DNA from: Nitrospiraceae bacterium
GTDB lineage: Bacteria > Nitrospirota > Thermodesulfovibrionia > UBA6902
DNA length: 60,880 nt
Direction of reading: 5' to 3'
Assembly (NCBI GenBank): GCA_003599425.1
Contig: QZKC01000052.1
Span: 1-60,880 of the forward strand
Both the position numbers and the translations under genes were made by a program. This document shows positions 28,399-38,573 of the stretch, piece by piece (within the stretch, counting starts at the first letter, position 1; each line of letters starts with the position of its first letter). The notes beneath the pieces were generated by a model. That model was not told the DNA's origin. It did not search any database and was given only the letters and a program-made list of their open reading frames with translations.

Positions 28399-29655
28399 TC
28401 AAAACTGCGGGGTAACAGTCAATATCTTGCAAACGGCCTCCGGATACTCCGCTGTGAACCTCAATTCGTCATCGGTAAGTGGACGCTGTGTATGCAGGTT
28501 GGCATATTGCACGAGTTCGAGTATTCTACGCGCTTCCCTGTCGTCATGGAAATGGATGCCGAGTTTGTCATATACATGCCTGAACCCTTTAACCCCGCCA
28601 TATTCGCCAGTTGTTATCATCCTCCCTGTGTCGAGCAGCTCCGGTTCACCCCTGCCAACGTCCTCAGGGTCATACAGCTCATAGTTGCGCCTGTCTTTCA
28701 GGGCGCCGTCCGCATGTATGCCGGACTCATGGGCAAAGGCATTGGCGCCGACGCCTGCCTGATTAATGGGGATAGGGATGCCAAAGGCATACGATGCATA
28801 CCGGGCGATCCTCCACGACTTCTTCAGATCAACATGTTCGTCGAGATGCACTTTTTCAGCAAAACCGTGAGAATATTTGAGGGCCAGAATCGTGGATACG
28901 AGGTCGCAGTTGCCTGCCCGCTCGCCGAACCCGTTTACAGTAGTATTAATGTAAGCATCTACCCCGCTTTCTATCGCTCCCTGTGCTCCTGCAACAGATA
29001 CGGCCTCTGCCATGCCGAGGTCATTGTGGCAGTGCATTTCAATCGGGAACCGCGTTGCCTCTGCGATCTTTTTTATCCTCTGATAGATCGTTATAGGGTC
29101 GTCTGCGCCGAGCGTGTCGCAATATCTGAAACGGTCAGCGCCGTTTTCCCGTGCGGCTATCGAAAATTCTATAAGCTTCCCTACATCTGTACGGGAAGCG
29201 TCCTCTGCGTTTACCCCAACTGTGTCAGCACCCAGTTCTTTTGCGAGCCTTAGCGCTTCAACCGTGGAATTCATAATATCATTCCAGGTCTTTCGTCCCT
29301 GGAATTTTCCCTGTATCATAATATCTGATGTGGATATGGAGATGTTCAGGTGCTTGATGTCAGGGCAATTCCTGAAGGCCTGCTCAACGTCCTCTTTCAC
29401 GGCCCTGCACCACCCTTCGAGATGCATACGCTTTATTCGCCCCTTTTTCACAAGGTCGAGGTTGGCATTAATGTAATTTACTTCATGTTTCAGGGTAGGG
29501 AACCCGATCTCGCTCTGGAAAAGTCCCATTTCATCCAGATAGATGTTCAGCATGGTCTTGGCAAGCTTGCTAAGCAGTATACGCGAGGTCTGAACTCCAT
29601 CCCGGTTTGTTACATCAATAAGAAATATGTTTTTCAAAGTCAAATATTTAACCAT
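28399..29655 (-). CDS. DRE-TIM Claisen synthase, homocitrate synthase-like, probable Re-citrate synthase
   Basis: DVTNRDGVQ, AEDASR, CDTLG, HCHNDLG, GERAGN, AHESGIH; co-oriented upstream of icd. Confidence 0.75.
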   Translation of the reverse strand: MVKYLTLKNIFLIDVTNRDGVQTSRILLSKLAKTMLNIYLDEMGLFQSEIGFPTLKHEVNYINANLDLVKKGRIKRMHLEGWCRAVKEDVEQAFRNCPDIKHLNISISTSDIMIQGKFQGRKTWNDIMNSTVEALRLAKELGADTVGVNAEDASRTDVGKLIEFSIAARENGADRFRYCDTLGADDPITIYQRIKKIAEATRFPIEMHCHNDLGMAEAVSVAGAQGAIESGVDAYINTTVNGFGERAGNCDLVSTILALKYSHGFAEKVHLDEHVDLKKSWRIARYASYAFGIPIPINQAGVGANAFAHESGIHADGALKDRRNYELYDPEDVGRGEPELLDTGRMITTGEYGGVKGFRHVYDKLGIHFHDDREARRILELVQYANLHTQRPLTDDELRFTAEYPEAVCKILTVTPQF

Positions 29656-29805
29656 ATCTCAGAAACTATTTACAACGCGGACCGGAGGGGTAAGCGTTAA
29701 GCAGTCAACAAAGGGGATGTCAATTCTTTTGAGCTGACAGCTTACCTTCTTGATGCGGCAACCCGGGAACTGGTATCATGTAGCATCTTTTGAAGGAGGT
29801 ATCAC

Positions 29806-29979
29806 ATGGCTATTAAGAAGGAACTTCTTGACATACTTGCCTGCCCGAAATGCAAGGGAGACCTCAAGCTTAACGAGCAGGAGAACGGCCTCATATGCGA
29901 TGCGTGCAAACTCCTTTATCACATCAAAGACGACATCCCGATAATGCTCATTGACGAAGCTGAAAAGATCGAGGGATAA
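29806..29979 (+). CDS. Trm112-family protein, 57 aa (not in ORF track)
   Basis: MAIKKELLDILACPKCKGDL..LICDACKLLYHIKDDIPIMLIDEA; AAGGAGGT RBS. Confidence 0.92.
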   Translation: MAIKKELLDILACPKCKGDLKLNEQENGLICDACKLLYHIKDDIPIMLIDEAEKIEG

Positions 29980-30045
29980 TCCGCTCCAACCCCTTACCCT
30001 GCCTATCCTTTTTGGCGAACAGATTATGATTTTGAATTAAGCAGA

Positions 30046-30258
30046 TTACCTTTTTTCCATTACTGCCTTCAGGATAAGCACGATCCAAGGCGCGCTGTGC
30101 AGGAAGAGATCGAACCAGTCGATGGGACGCTTCAGTTGCCCTTTCGAGAGCATCACGATCTTCTCAAAAAGATGCGGAGGAAAGAACGGCGCAAGCCCAA
30201 GCGTAAGGCAGAGAAAAAGGACCGCGGGCCACGGCAGCTTGTCCAGGAGCTGTTCCAT
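30046..30258 (-). CDS. Conserved small membrane protein
   Basis: LTLGLAPFFPPHLFEK..PIDWFDLFLH pattern; two hydrophobic segments; has its own -10 element. Confidence 0.75.
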   Translation of the reverse strand: MEQLLDKLPWPAVLFLCLTLGLAPFFPPHLFEKIVMLSKGQLKRPIDWFDLFLHSAPWIVLILKAVMEKR

Positions 30259-30289
30259 ACGTCAAGTATATCATATGGTATAATCCCCC
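30259..30289. promoter_or_regulatory. Back-to-back extended -10 promoters (leaderless on both strands)
   Basis: Minus strand TGaTATACT 6 nt before ATG 30258; plus strand TGgTATAAT 5 nt before ATG 30290; no SD sequence. Confidence 0.65.
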
Positions 30290-31528
30290 ATGCGTTTCGT
30301 CGCCGACCTCCACATCCATTCCAGATATTCACGCGCCACGAGCAAAGACATGTCTCCGGAGAGCATCTGGAGATGGGCGCAGCTCAAAGGCATTACAGTA
30401 ATAGGCACTGGCGATTTTACCCATCCAAAGTGGTTTGAGGAACTGAATGAAAAGCTTCAACCTCAGGGGAACGGGCTGTTCGGTCTCAATAAATCGTTTC
30501 GCACAGATAATGTCCCTGATTCATGCAGAAGCGAGGTCTCTTTTCTCCTTTCAGCAGAGATAAGCTGCATATACAGCAAGAACGGCAGAACCCGGAAGAT
30601 ACATGCCCTTGTATTTGTCCAGGATTTTCGCGATGCCGCAAAGATAAACCTGGCGTTGGCAAAGATCGGCAACCTCACTGCTGACGGAAGGCCGATATTA
30701 GGGCTGGATGCAAAGAAGCTTCTGAAGATAGTGCTCGATAGCGCTCCTGGCGCGATGCTTGTACCGGCACATGCGTGGACCCCGCATTTCTCCGTGTTCG
30801 GCGCAGCATCAGGTTTTGACTCACTTGAGGAATGCTTTGAAGAGCTGACTCCTCATATACATGCCATTGAAACAGGATTATCATCAGACCCTGCAATGAA
30901 CTGGAGGCTCTCGGCGCTCGACAGGATTGCTCTCATATCAAATTCTGACGCACACTCCGCAGCCAAAATAGGCCGGGAGGCGAATGTCTTTGACACGGAT
31001 ATTTCGTATGCCAATATGGTCAATGCCTTGAAACAGAAAAAAGGTTTTTCAGGGACCATCGAGTTTTTCCCCGAAGAGGGGAAATATCATTATGACGGAC
31101 ACAGCAACTGCGGCGTCAGCCTCTCTCCGAAGGAGACGATCAGGCATAATAATCTCTGCCCGGCATGCGGGAAAAAGGTCACAGTAGGCGTTATGCACAG
31201 GGTTGAAAAACTTGCTGACCGGGATGAAGGGTTCAGGCCTCATGGATCGCCCGGCTTCCATTCGATCATCCCGCTCCCTGAAATTGTCGCCGAGACATAT
31301 AATGTGGGTGTTGGAAGCAAGAAAGTTGAAAAGACATATCATCAGCTCCTGCAGGACCTCGGAAATGAGTTCACCATCCTTATGGATGCATCTCTTGATG
31401 ACATAGAAAAAGCAGGTTCTCCCCTTCTCAGGGAAGCCATTTCACGGATGCGTTCGGGCAATATCCATATTGCCCCCGGATATGACGGTGAGTATGGAAA
31501 AGTGAAAATATTTAAAGAACACCCATAA
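30290..31528 (+). CDS. Endonuclease Q family PHP-domain DNA repair nuclease
   Basis: ADLHIHSRYSRATS, GTGDFTHP, PAHAWTP, ETGLSSD, SNSDAHS, GKYHYDGH, CPACG, PGYDGEYG. Confidence 0.88.
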   Translation: MRFVADLHIHSRYSRATSKDMSPESIWRWAQLKGITVIGTGDFTHPKWFEELNEKLQPQGNGLFGLNKSFRTDNVPDSCRSEVSFLLSAEISCIYSKNGRTRKIHALVFVQDFRDAAKINLALAKIGNLTADGRPILGLDAKKLLKIVLDSAPGAMLVPAHAWTPHFSVFGAASGFDSLEECFEELTPHIHAIETGLSSDPAMNWRLSALDRIALISNSDAHSAAKIGREANVFDTDISYANMVNALKQKKGFSGTIEFFPEEGKYHYDGHSNCGVSLSPKETIRHNNLCPACGKKVTVGVMHRVEKLADRDEGFRPHGSPGFHSIIPLPEIVAETYNVGVGSKKVEKTYHQLLQDLGNEFTILMDASLDDIEKAGSPLLREAISRMRSGNIHIAPGYDGEYGKVKIFKEHP

Positions 31529-31610
31529 CGATTTGCTCCCTGATGATATGTCAATAAGGGGAGCAGACTGCCCTTGAAATAATGAATGAAATTTATCGAG
31601 GTAACAATTC

Positions 31611-32945
31611 CTAAGGCTGCTCTCCGACAACCGCATCCTTAAGTGTCTTCTGCCCAAGAGTATCACTGAAGGCTGCGTCAACTCTTTTCATCACATCCTC
31701 TACCCCGGGCACGGAGACGATCTTACTCTCGACCAGAAGAGCTTCTCTATCAACTGTCCTTACAGCATCAAAGATCTCTTTCTGCGCGATCTTGCCGATA
31801 TCATGCGCCGGGAGGTAAGCCGGAGGGTCATCGCCTGTTTCAAGGAGCAGATCATTCTGCTGGAGCAGGATAATGATATCATGAATGACGTCAACAGGCA
31901 GATTGAGGTGTTCGACAAGAGTGTTCAGTGTCCAGGGCTTCCTGTTATTTAAAAAATTATATCCAACATAATACATTACAAGGAAGGCGATCTTTTCCCT
32001 GAGCCTGCTGCTGAGGAAGATCGTCCCTTTCTTTACGGCAAGGAATTGCGGGTACTGGTGATAAAAAGATATCTGCGCGCCGATGAGGAGGATGAACCAG
32101 CTCAGGTAAAGCCATATCATGAACAGGATCAGTATCGCAAATCCGGAATATACGGCTGCATACTTTACTGAGGTGACAATAAAAGATGCAAACCCCCATC
32201 CCGCGATCTCCCATAATACGCCGCCAAGTATACCGCCGAACAGGGCTGATGTGATCTTTACTTTTGTGTTCGGAACGAAATAATAGAGAAACGTAAAGAC
32301 CCCGCAGATCATCACATATGGGAGCACCTGGAGCACATAATAAAAGACCGTGCCAAAGGGCTCTATAGAAATGATATATTGCATGACGGTTGAGCTCATG
32401 AAGGATGCTGTGATGCCTATCGCTGCAAGCATCATGACAGGGCCAACAAGAATAATGCTGATATAGTCGCTGAACTGCCTCATGAAACTCCTCGAACGCT
32501 TCACCCGCCAGACATAATTGAAGGTATGCTCTATCTTCTGAATAACAGAAATGACCGTATAGATCAGCAGGGCCAGCCCAAGAGAGCCGAGGATGCCTGC
32601 CCTCATGTTTTTTACAAATCCAATGATCCTTGACGTTATTTCTTCTCCCCTGCTACCCAGCGGGGAGAGGAACTCTTGCAGGTAAGGCTCGATCTGGTCC
32701 TGAACTCCAAAAGCCTTCAGGACTGAAAAACTTATAGCGAGAATAGGTACAATGGAAAGGAGGGTGGAGTATACGAGGCTCATGGCCCTGAGCGTGAGCT
32801 GCCCTTCAAAGAGCTCCTGCAAGGCGACATTGAGCAGCCTCAGGGATTTGATCAGGAATGTTCTGTACTTTCCCAGAGAGCTGGTGTCTATCTCCCAGAG
32901 GTCCTTTGTGAAAAACTCGATCAGTCTTTTTCTGGCATTGATCAT
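31611..32945 (-). CDS. YihY/BrkB family inner-membrane protein with C-terminal HTH-like domain
   Basis: LVYSTLLSIVP, IEHTFNYVW, YSGFA..WLYLSW..LIGAQ. Confidence 0.9.
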   Translation of the reverse strand: MINARKRLIEFFTKDLWEIDTSSLGKYRTFLIKSLRLLNVALQELFEGQLTLRAMSLVYSTLLSIVPILAISFSVLKAFGVQDQIEPYLQEFLSPLGSRGEEITSRIIGFVKNMRAGILGSLGLALLIYTVISVIQKIEHTFNYVWRVKRSRSFMRQFSDYISIILVGPVMMLAAIGITASFMSSTVMQYIISIEPFGTVFYYVLQVLPYVMICGVFTFLYYFVPNTKVKITSALFGGILGGVLWEIAGWGFASFIVTSVKYAAVYSGFAILILFMIWLYLSWFILLIGAQISFYHQYPQFLAVKKGTIFLSSRLREKIAFLVMYYVGYNFLNNRKPWTLNTLVEHLNLPVDVIHDIIILLQQNDLLLETGDDPPAYLPAHDIGKIAQKEIFDAVRTVDREALLVESKIVSVPGVEDVMKRVDAAFSDTLGQKTLKDAVVGEQP

Positions 32946-33012
32946 GGTTGTGTTTTCATTTTATCACGTGAAGAGCTGATTTCATAATAAAAAAACATGG
33001 TATAGTAAACCC

Positions 33013-33762
33013 ATGAACCCTTTCGATGTGTACAAAAAGCTCCCGCGCAAAAACTGCGGCAAGTGCTCTGCGGGGACCTGCATGGCTTTTGCGGTTCAAC
33101 TATTGAGGAGGTCTGCCAGAATTCAGGAGTGCACTGAACTGGATGAAAAGGCTCAGCAGGAGATCGAATCCATGATCTCCGGACCCGGGGACTGGAAAGA
33201 GCGCAGGGTGCTGGAACTTTTTCAGGAATTATCCGAACGCAATTTTGCTGACATTGCGAAAGGGATAGGCGCACTGGCAGAAAATGACGGCCTTCGTATT
33301 CATTATCTGGGCAGGGATATTCTACTCACGCATACTGATTTTGTGGAACCCCTCGATATCTTCGACAAGCTGCTCATCCTCATGTATGTGAAAATTGCAG
33401 GGAACAAATCCCTTACGGGCAAGTGGGCGCCTTTCAGAGATCTGAAGGACGGGTTGATCAGGTCAGAGAGCTTTCATGAGGCGTGTGAAATGTCTCTCGC
33501 AAAAATGTTTGGGGAAAATTCTGAAGCCCTGCTGCAAAAAATGTCCGCACTCGGAGCACAGGCCGTGTCCGGCTTTTCTGCAGCGCACAGTCTCGTGGCC
33601 TATCCCCTGCCGAAGATCCCCTTTCTCGTCCTTCTCTGGCAGGGAGACGATGAGTTCGAACCAGACTGCAAGATACTCTTTGACTCTACGGTCACAGATT
33701 ATATTGATGTCGAGGCATTGCTGTATCTCGGGATCGCGCTGGTACGGGCTGTCGGAAGCTGA
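33013..33762 (+). CDS. Fe-S cluster (PF04060-type) plus DUF3786-like protein
   Basis: LPRKNCGKCSAGTCMAFA..C N-terminus; LPKIP..WQGDDEF..ILFD C-terminus. Confidence 0.8.
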   Translation: MNPFDVYKKLPRKNCGKCSAGTCMAFAVQLLRRSARIQECTELDEKAQQEIESMISGPGDWKERRVLELFQELSERNFADIAKGIGALAENDGLRIHYLGRDILLTHTDFVEPLDIFDKLLILMYVKIAGNKSLTGKWAPFRDLKDGLIRSESFHEACEMSLAKMFGENSEALLQKMSALGAQAVSGFSAAHSLVAYPLPKIPFLVLLWQGDDEFEPDCKILFDSTVTDYIDVEALLYLGIALVRAVGS

Positions 33763-33802
33763 GCCTTCGTCAATCTTACAACGACAAGCCTGCCAGCGTA
33801 AT

Positions 33803-36800
33803 TTATTTGTCCAGTATTTGCCTGACTGTTTTCAGCAATTCATTCGGCATGACAGGTTTTGGGAGAAAGCTCAGGCCTGCCTCAATAATGTCCCTTGTGT
33901 GGATCACATCTGCGGTATATCCGCTCATGAATAATACTTTGATATCAGATTTTATTTTAAGGATCTCTTCGTAGGCCTCTTTCCCGTTTCTGCCGGGCAT
34001 TATCACGTCAAAAATGAGCAGCTTAATGTCTTCTGCCCTCTCATTGAATTTCCTTATTGCTTCGTTGCCGTCTTTTGCTTCTATGATCGTGTATCCAAAC
34101 TCGCTGAGTATTGAGCTTATAAGGCTCCTGAGCGCTTTGTCATCCTCAGCAACAAGAACAGTTTCAGTTCCGCCCCTGATGAAGACAGACTCCCCGGCAG
34201 ATGAACCGTCACTTTGTGCAGATTTCAGAAGAGGTAGATACATCCTGAATGTTGTCCCTTTTTCCGGCTCGCTGTATACAGTAATATACCCATTATTCTG
34301 ATGCACTGCGCCGTACACCATCGCAAGCCCCAGACCGGTGCCCCTGCCTACTTCCTTTGTCGTAAAAAATGGTTCAAATATCCTGTCCTGTGTCTTCTCA
34401 TCCATTCCAACGCCGGTATCGGTCACAGACAAGGTCGCGTATTCACCCTGAACTCCGAATCCATTACGCGTGATAAATTCATCGTCCATGATCCTCATCC
34501 CTGTCTCAATAAAGAAACTCCCTCCATGCGGCATGGCGTCCCTCGCGTTGGTTGCGAGGTTCATCAGGATCTGTTCGATTTGCACGCTGTCAGCCATGAT
34601 GTACAGCGGCTTCCCGGAAAGGACGACTTTCATCTCTATATCTTCACGTATCACCCGGGACAGGATTCTCTGCACATTGTGTATTATCACATTGAGGTCT
34701 ACAGGCCTGGGGCTGATGATCTGCCTCCTGCTGAACGCGAGGAGGCTCTGTGTGAGATTGGCCCCTCGTTCCGCCGATCTGAGTATATGGTCAATGTTGA
34801 TCCTCAAGGGTTCATCCGGTTTCATTTTCATTTTGAGGATATTCGAAAACCCTATTATTGCTGTGAGAATATTGTTAAAGTCATGCGCGATCCCTCCTGC
34901 AAGGAGCCCGACAGCTTCCATTTTCTGCGCCTGAAAGAGCTGCTCCTGCAGTTTCTTTTGTCCCGAGACGTCTCTTAAAGCTACGATCCTGGCATTACGT
35001 CCATGATATTTACAGTTAGCGCCGAAAGCCTCTATCTGGAGTATGTGGCCATCTTTTCGCCGAAGTTCAACCTCATATACCCCCCTTCTGCCTGAGCGTA
35101 TGTACTCATGAATGCGTTGTTGTGAATCAGGGGGGAAAAGGTCAATTACATTACTCCCGAGCAGATCAGAACCTGGATATCCTGCCATCTCAGCCATACG
35201 CTCATTAAGGTCAATGATCATCAAATTCTCATGAATAAATATGCCGTCGAAACCCCGTTCAAGAAGTATCCTGAAGCGCTCCTCGCTTTCAAACACCTCC
35301 TCTTCCGCCTGCTTGCGTTCAGTGATGTCCACAATAAGGCCGTCATATGCAATTAACTTCCCTTCATTACCATACCGGGGAACAGGCGTGTTTCTTACCC
35401 ATCTGACAGTCCCGGCCTTATGGATGATCCTGTGCTCGATGGGCTGCATGCTTTCACCGGATGATATTTTTTTAGCATGCTCCCTTACACTTTCCTTGTC
35501 CTCCTCATGCACCATCCTGTACCAGAGATACGGGTCGGCGTCATATTCTTCAGTTGTATACCCTGTGACAGCAACGCAGCCGGGCCCGTGCTTTGTTGAG
35601 GCAGGTTGTCCGTCCTTTATCTCTACGGTAAAGATATAATCTGTTACCGAATCGACAAGTTTTCGATACCGCTCTTCGCTTTTCCTGAGCGCGTGCTCCG
35701 CTGTCTTACGTTCTGTGACGTCGTAACATGATCCGATATACCCTGCGAATATACCGCTAAGGTCATAAAACGGCCGGCCCATATCGACTATCCAGCGGTA
35801 CTCGCCGCTATGGTGACGGAGGCGGTATTCCATTTGAAATGGCTGGCGCGCTTGGAAGGAGTCAAAATATATTTTTACAGAGCGTTCCACATCCCCTGGG
35901 TGTACTCCTTCAGCCCATCCGTCGCCCAATTCCTGTTTCAGGGTGCGTCCCGTGAAATCCATCCATGTCTTATTGAAGTAATCACATTTCGCATCAAGCC
36001 CTGAACGCCAGATAAGGGCAGGGAAATCATCAAACAGGGTAAGATAAAAATCCCTCCCCTTTATTATTTCGGATTCCGCCTTTTTGCGTTTGGTGATATC
36101 ATGGGCGATCCCCTGCACCGCCACGACTGTTCCCTTTGGAACAGCCACAGGGACCTCGGTAACCTCCAGCCATCTCTTGCGCCCGTCTTTGTGAAATATC
36201 TCTACTTCATAGGGCGGCTGTCTGACGCCTTTGATGCTGAGATCTGAATGTCTTACGACTTCCTGATTGACGGGATGGTCCGTGAGGTATTGTGTATAGT
36301 GAGTCATTAACTCTTCCGGCGTGTACCCCAAAATATTCTTCACAGAAGAGCTCAGGTAGGTAAATATCCCCTCTGTGTTATGAATGTAAATAAAGTGGTT
36401 CTCCTCCACGCTCTCAACAAGACTCTGATATGTCTGCCTGCTTTTTTCGAGTTCTTCTATATGCAGAACATTTTGCAAACAATGGGCAAGGCGGGGAGCA
36501 AGCAATTCGAGGATCAGGCGTTTGTCTTGCGTGATTCCGTCAGTTTTTTTTGAGGCCGTGTTTAAGGTGCCTATGCACTGGTTGTTGCTGATAAGGGGTA
36601 TGAGGAAATAGGACTTGAACCCTGACTGAAGAAGAATCTTATCAACTTCATAAAAGGTTTTCAATTTCTTTATTTCCGGCCTGTAAAGCGGTTTGGCCTG
36701 TTTAGTTACCTCTGTGATAACAGTCTTCTCAAAAGACAGGAAGTCCCCTGATTCAATTCCCTGGATCCCGGTTACTGCATCATAGACCCTGAAGCCACCG

Positions 36801-36967
36801 GCGTCATTTTGCAAAAGGGCAATAGATACACGCCCGATACGGAGCCTCTTGTGGATGAAATTCAATGCCCTGCCGACAACCAGCGAGAATTCATAATGAG
36901 CAATTTCGCTGTCAAATGCCTGAATAGTCCTGAGGGCCTTGCTGAGAGATTCTTTTGTAACCGGCAT
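33803..36967 (-). CDS. Cytoplasmic hybrid histidine kinase (GAF, multiple PAS, HisKA, HATPase, REC)
   Basis: Four PAS/PAC units ending in DITKRK/DVTERK-type motifs; AHDFNN; NARDAMP; C-terminal REC. Confidence 0.94.
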   Translation of the reverse strand: MPVTKESLSKALRTIQAFDSEIAHYEFSLVVGRALNFIHKRLRIGRVSIALLQNDAGGFRVYDAVTGIQGIESGDFLSFEKTVITEVTKQAKPLYRPEIKKLKTFYEVDKILLQSGFKSYFLIPLISNNQCIGTLNTASKKTDGITQDKRLILELLAPRLAHCLQNVLHIEELEKSRQTYQSLVESVEENHFIYIHNTEGIFTYLSSSVKNILGYTPEELMTHYTQYLTDHPVNQEVVRHSDLSIKGVRQPPYEVEIFHKDGRKRWLEVTEVPVAVPKGTVVAVQGIAHDITKRKKAESEIIKGRDFYLTLFDDFPALIWRSGLDAKCDYFNKTWMDFTGRTLKQELGDGWAEGVHPGDVERSVKIYFDSFQARQPFQMEYRLRHHSGEYRWIVDMGRPFYDLSGIFAGYIGSCYDVTERKTAEHALRKSEERYRKLVDSVTDYIFTVEIKDGQPASTKHGPGCVAVTGYTTEEYDADPYLWYRMVHEEDKESVREHAKKISSGESMQPIEHRIIHKAGTVRWVRNTPVPRYGNEGKLIAYDGLIVDITERKQAEEEVFESEERFRILLERGFDGIFIHENLMIIDLNERMAEMAGYPGSDLLGSNVIDLFPPDSQQRIHEYIRSGRRGVYEVELRRKDGHILQIEAFGANCKYHGRNARIVALRDVSGQKKLQEQLFQAQKMEAVGLLAGGIAHDFNNILTAIIGFSNILKMKMKPDEPLRINIDHILRSAERGANLTQSLLAFSRRQIISPRPVDLNVIIHNVQRILSRVIREDIEMKVVLSGKPLYIMADSVQIEQILMNLATNARDAMPHGGSFFIETGMRIMDDEFITRNGFGVQGEYATLSVTDTGVGMDEKTQDRIFEPFFTTKEVGRGTGLGLAMVYGAVHQNNGYITVYSEPEKGTTFRMYLPLLKSAQSDGSSAGESVFIRGGTETVLVAEDDKALRSLISSILSEFGYTIIEAKDGNEAIRKFNERAEDIKLLIFDVIMPGRNGKEAYEEILKIKSDIKVLFMSGYTADVIHTRDIIEAGLSFLPKPVMPNELLKTVRQILDK

Positions 36968-37030
36968 ACAGGAATTTTAGCACAAAAAGACATGTTCGAG
37001 ATGAGGAGAGAAAATAAAAGCGTCTGCTTC

Positions 37031-37495
37031 TCAGCCCCTGAGAATCAGGCCCGGCAACACGAGCACGTACATGATCATAACGACTGAGCCGCTGATAAGC
37101 CATGCCGGCGGTTTCACGGTGCCGGAGTTGTCTTCACAGGTCCTGCACTTATGATATGCATACGTTCCCTTGATCCCCTGATACAGGAAAAAGAGGAATA
37201 TCCATCCGACCATGAAAGAGACCGGTTCTATCCGGGATGATATCGATGTCCTGAGTATCATACTGAAGAGAAAATATTCGAACATCAGCACGGCACAGGT
37301 ACGGTTTTTCTTATATATTCCGTACGCCATACCGAAAATGAACGCACCATCGATCAGTGCAAGGAAATTGAATAACGATATACCATTCTGCGGGTTTACG
37401 ATCAATGCGATTGCCCCGGCAACTGTTATGACGCCGCACACTATCGCGGCTATCTGGGCACACTTTATTTTTTTCTCGATTCTGGGATGTTCCAT
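37031..37495 (-). CDS. Hypothetical multi-pass membrane protein
   Basis: GGAGG RBS before ATG 37495 (MEHPRIEKK); several hydrophobic helices. Confidence 0.7.
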   Translation of the reverse strand: MEHPRIEKKIKCAQIAAIVCGVITVAGAIALIVNPQNGISLFNFLALIDGAFIFGMAYGIYKKNRTCAVLMFEYFLFSMILRTSISSRIEPVSFMVGWIFLFFLYQGIKGTYAYHKCRTCEDNSGTVKPPAWLISGSVVMIMYVLVLPGLILRG

Positions 37496-37602
37496 ATGAG
37501 TACCTCCGGGCAGCTTCCTGGTTCGTTGGATGCAGATGCCGCTCTCATTACTTGTATCGGCTATCATGAGCAGTTCCTTAAAAACCGGGGAAAGACTGAA
37601 GA

Positions 37603-37680
37603 AAGCAAACAGCTATCAGCGGTCAGCAGTTAGCGATCAGCTTACTGTTTTTTAAAAGCTTATCGCTGAAAGCTGACAGC
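37603..37680. repeat. Inverted heptamer arrays (AGCNNTC type)
   Basis: AGCTATC AGCGGTC AGCAGTT AGCGATC AGCTT ... AAGCTTATCGCTGAAAGCTGACAGC; same family as 25366-25434. Confidence 0.65.
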
Positions 37681-37697
37681 CGTTGTTATAATATTTC

Positions 37698-37725
37698 TTG
37701 ACAACCTGAAATCAATTGCTATACT
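37698..37725 (+). promoter_or_regulatory. sigma70 promoter of mscL
   Basis: TTGACA-16-TATACT with extended -10 TG. Confidence 0.6.
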
Positions 37726-37756
37726 TAAGGTCACAGTATAAAGAAAGGAGAAAATC

Positions 37757-38215
37757 ATGTTAAAGGAATTCAAGGAATTTGCCATGCGGGGGAATGTAGT
37801 CGACATGGCCGTCGGTATCATCATCGGCGCTGCATTTGGGACCATCATAACATCGCTCGTCTCGGATATTCTCATGCCGCCTATAGGGCTCCTGCTTGGA
37901 GGTGTGGACTTTTCAAATCTTTTTATTACCGTTAAGGAGGGAGCGACAGCAGGGCCATTCGCGACCCTTGCGGATGCGCAGAAGGCAGGCGCTGTCACCG
38001 TCAATTATGGTGTGTTCCTCAACAAAGTGATCTCCTTCATTATCGTTGCATTTGCCATCTTCATGGTCATCAAAGGCATGAACAGCCTGAAACGCAAGGA
38101 AGAAGCTGCCCCGGCAGCGCCCACGACAAAAGAATGCAACTACTGTTTCTCTACAATTCCGATCAAGGCGATCCGCTGCCCGAGCTGCACATCAGATTTG
38201 ACCGTTAAGGCTTAA
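37757..38215 (+). CDS. mscL: Large-conductance mechanosensitive channel with C-terminal zinc ribbon
   Basis: [24 protein letters not shown]; C-terminal CNYC..CPSC. Confidence 0.95.
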   Translation: MLKEFKEFAMRGNVVDMAVGIIIGAAFGTIITSLVSDILMPPIGLLLGGVDFSNLFITVKEGATAGPFATLADAQKAGAVTVNYGVFLNKVISFIIVAFAIFMVIKGMNSLKRKEEAAPAAPTTKECNYCFSTIPIKAIRCPSCTSDLTVKA

Positions 38216-38244
38216 GAGAGAAAGATAGAGCATGATCCAGAACC

Positions 38245-38274
38245 TGTAGGGGTTTGATTAATCAAACCCCTACA
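38245..38274. repeat. GTAG-type REP-like palindrome
   Basis: Perfect 30-bp palindrome TGTAGGGGTTTGATTAATCAAACCCCTACA. Confidence 0.75.
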
Positions 38275-38277
38275 ATT

Positions 38278-38573
38278 CTAAAAACCCGTTATACCAGGCC
38301 CGGACTCCTCTTCTGAAAATGCTATTCTCACAGCTTCTTTGAAAGTGGTTTTTTCCATATGAATGATCTTGTCTATACCGTTGTCCCTGCAAACCACCTC
38401 ATTCTTCAACCCTTCGATCAGGACCGGTGAGGTTGTTCCTGAAATATCCCATGATGTGCATGAGCACATTGGTATTCTTTTTTACTGTTGCCACAAGGCG
38501 GAGCCCCTCCGTCATACCTCACGTTCTCGCCAAGGAGGCACCTGCTTATCCCTATCCTGATTTTTTCTCCCAT
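38278..38573 (-). pseudogene. Collapsed remnant of a YbgA-like (DUF523/DUF1722) gene fused to the 3' end of an SDR/YbjT-like gene
   Basis: Three frames in series: MGEKIRIGISRCLLGENVRYDGG; TEGLRLVATVKKNTNVLMHIMGYFRNNL; LIEGLKNEVVCRD..FKEAVRIAF. Confidence 0.65.

Noticed and set aside
28492-29253. 253-aa plus-strand ORF
   Set aside because: Antisense shadow of the synthase gene; no motifs or RBS.
29750-29944. 64-aa ORF
   Set aside because: Wrong frame; the real gene is Trm112 at 29806-29979.
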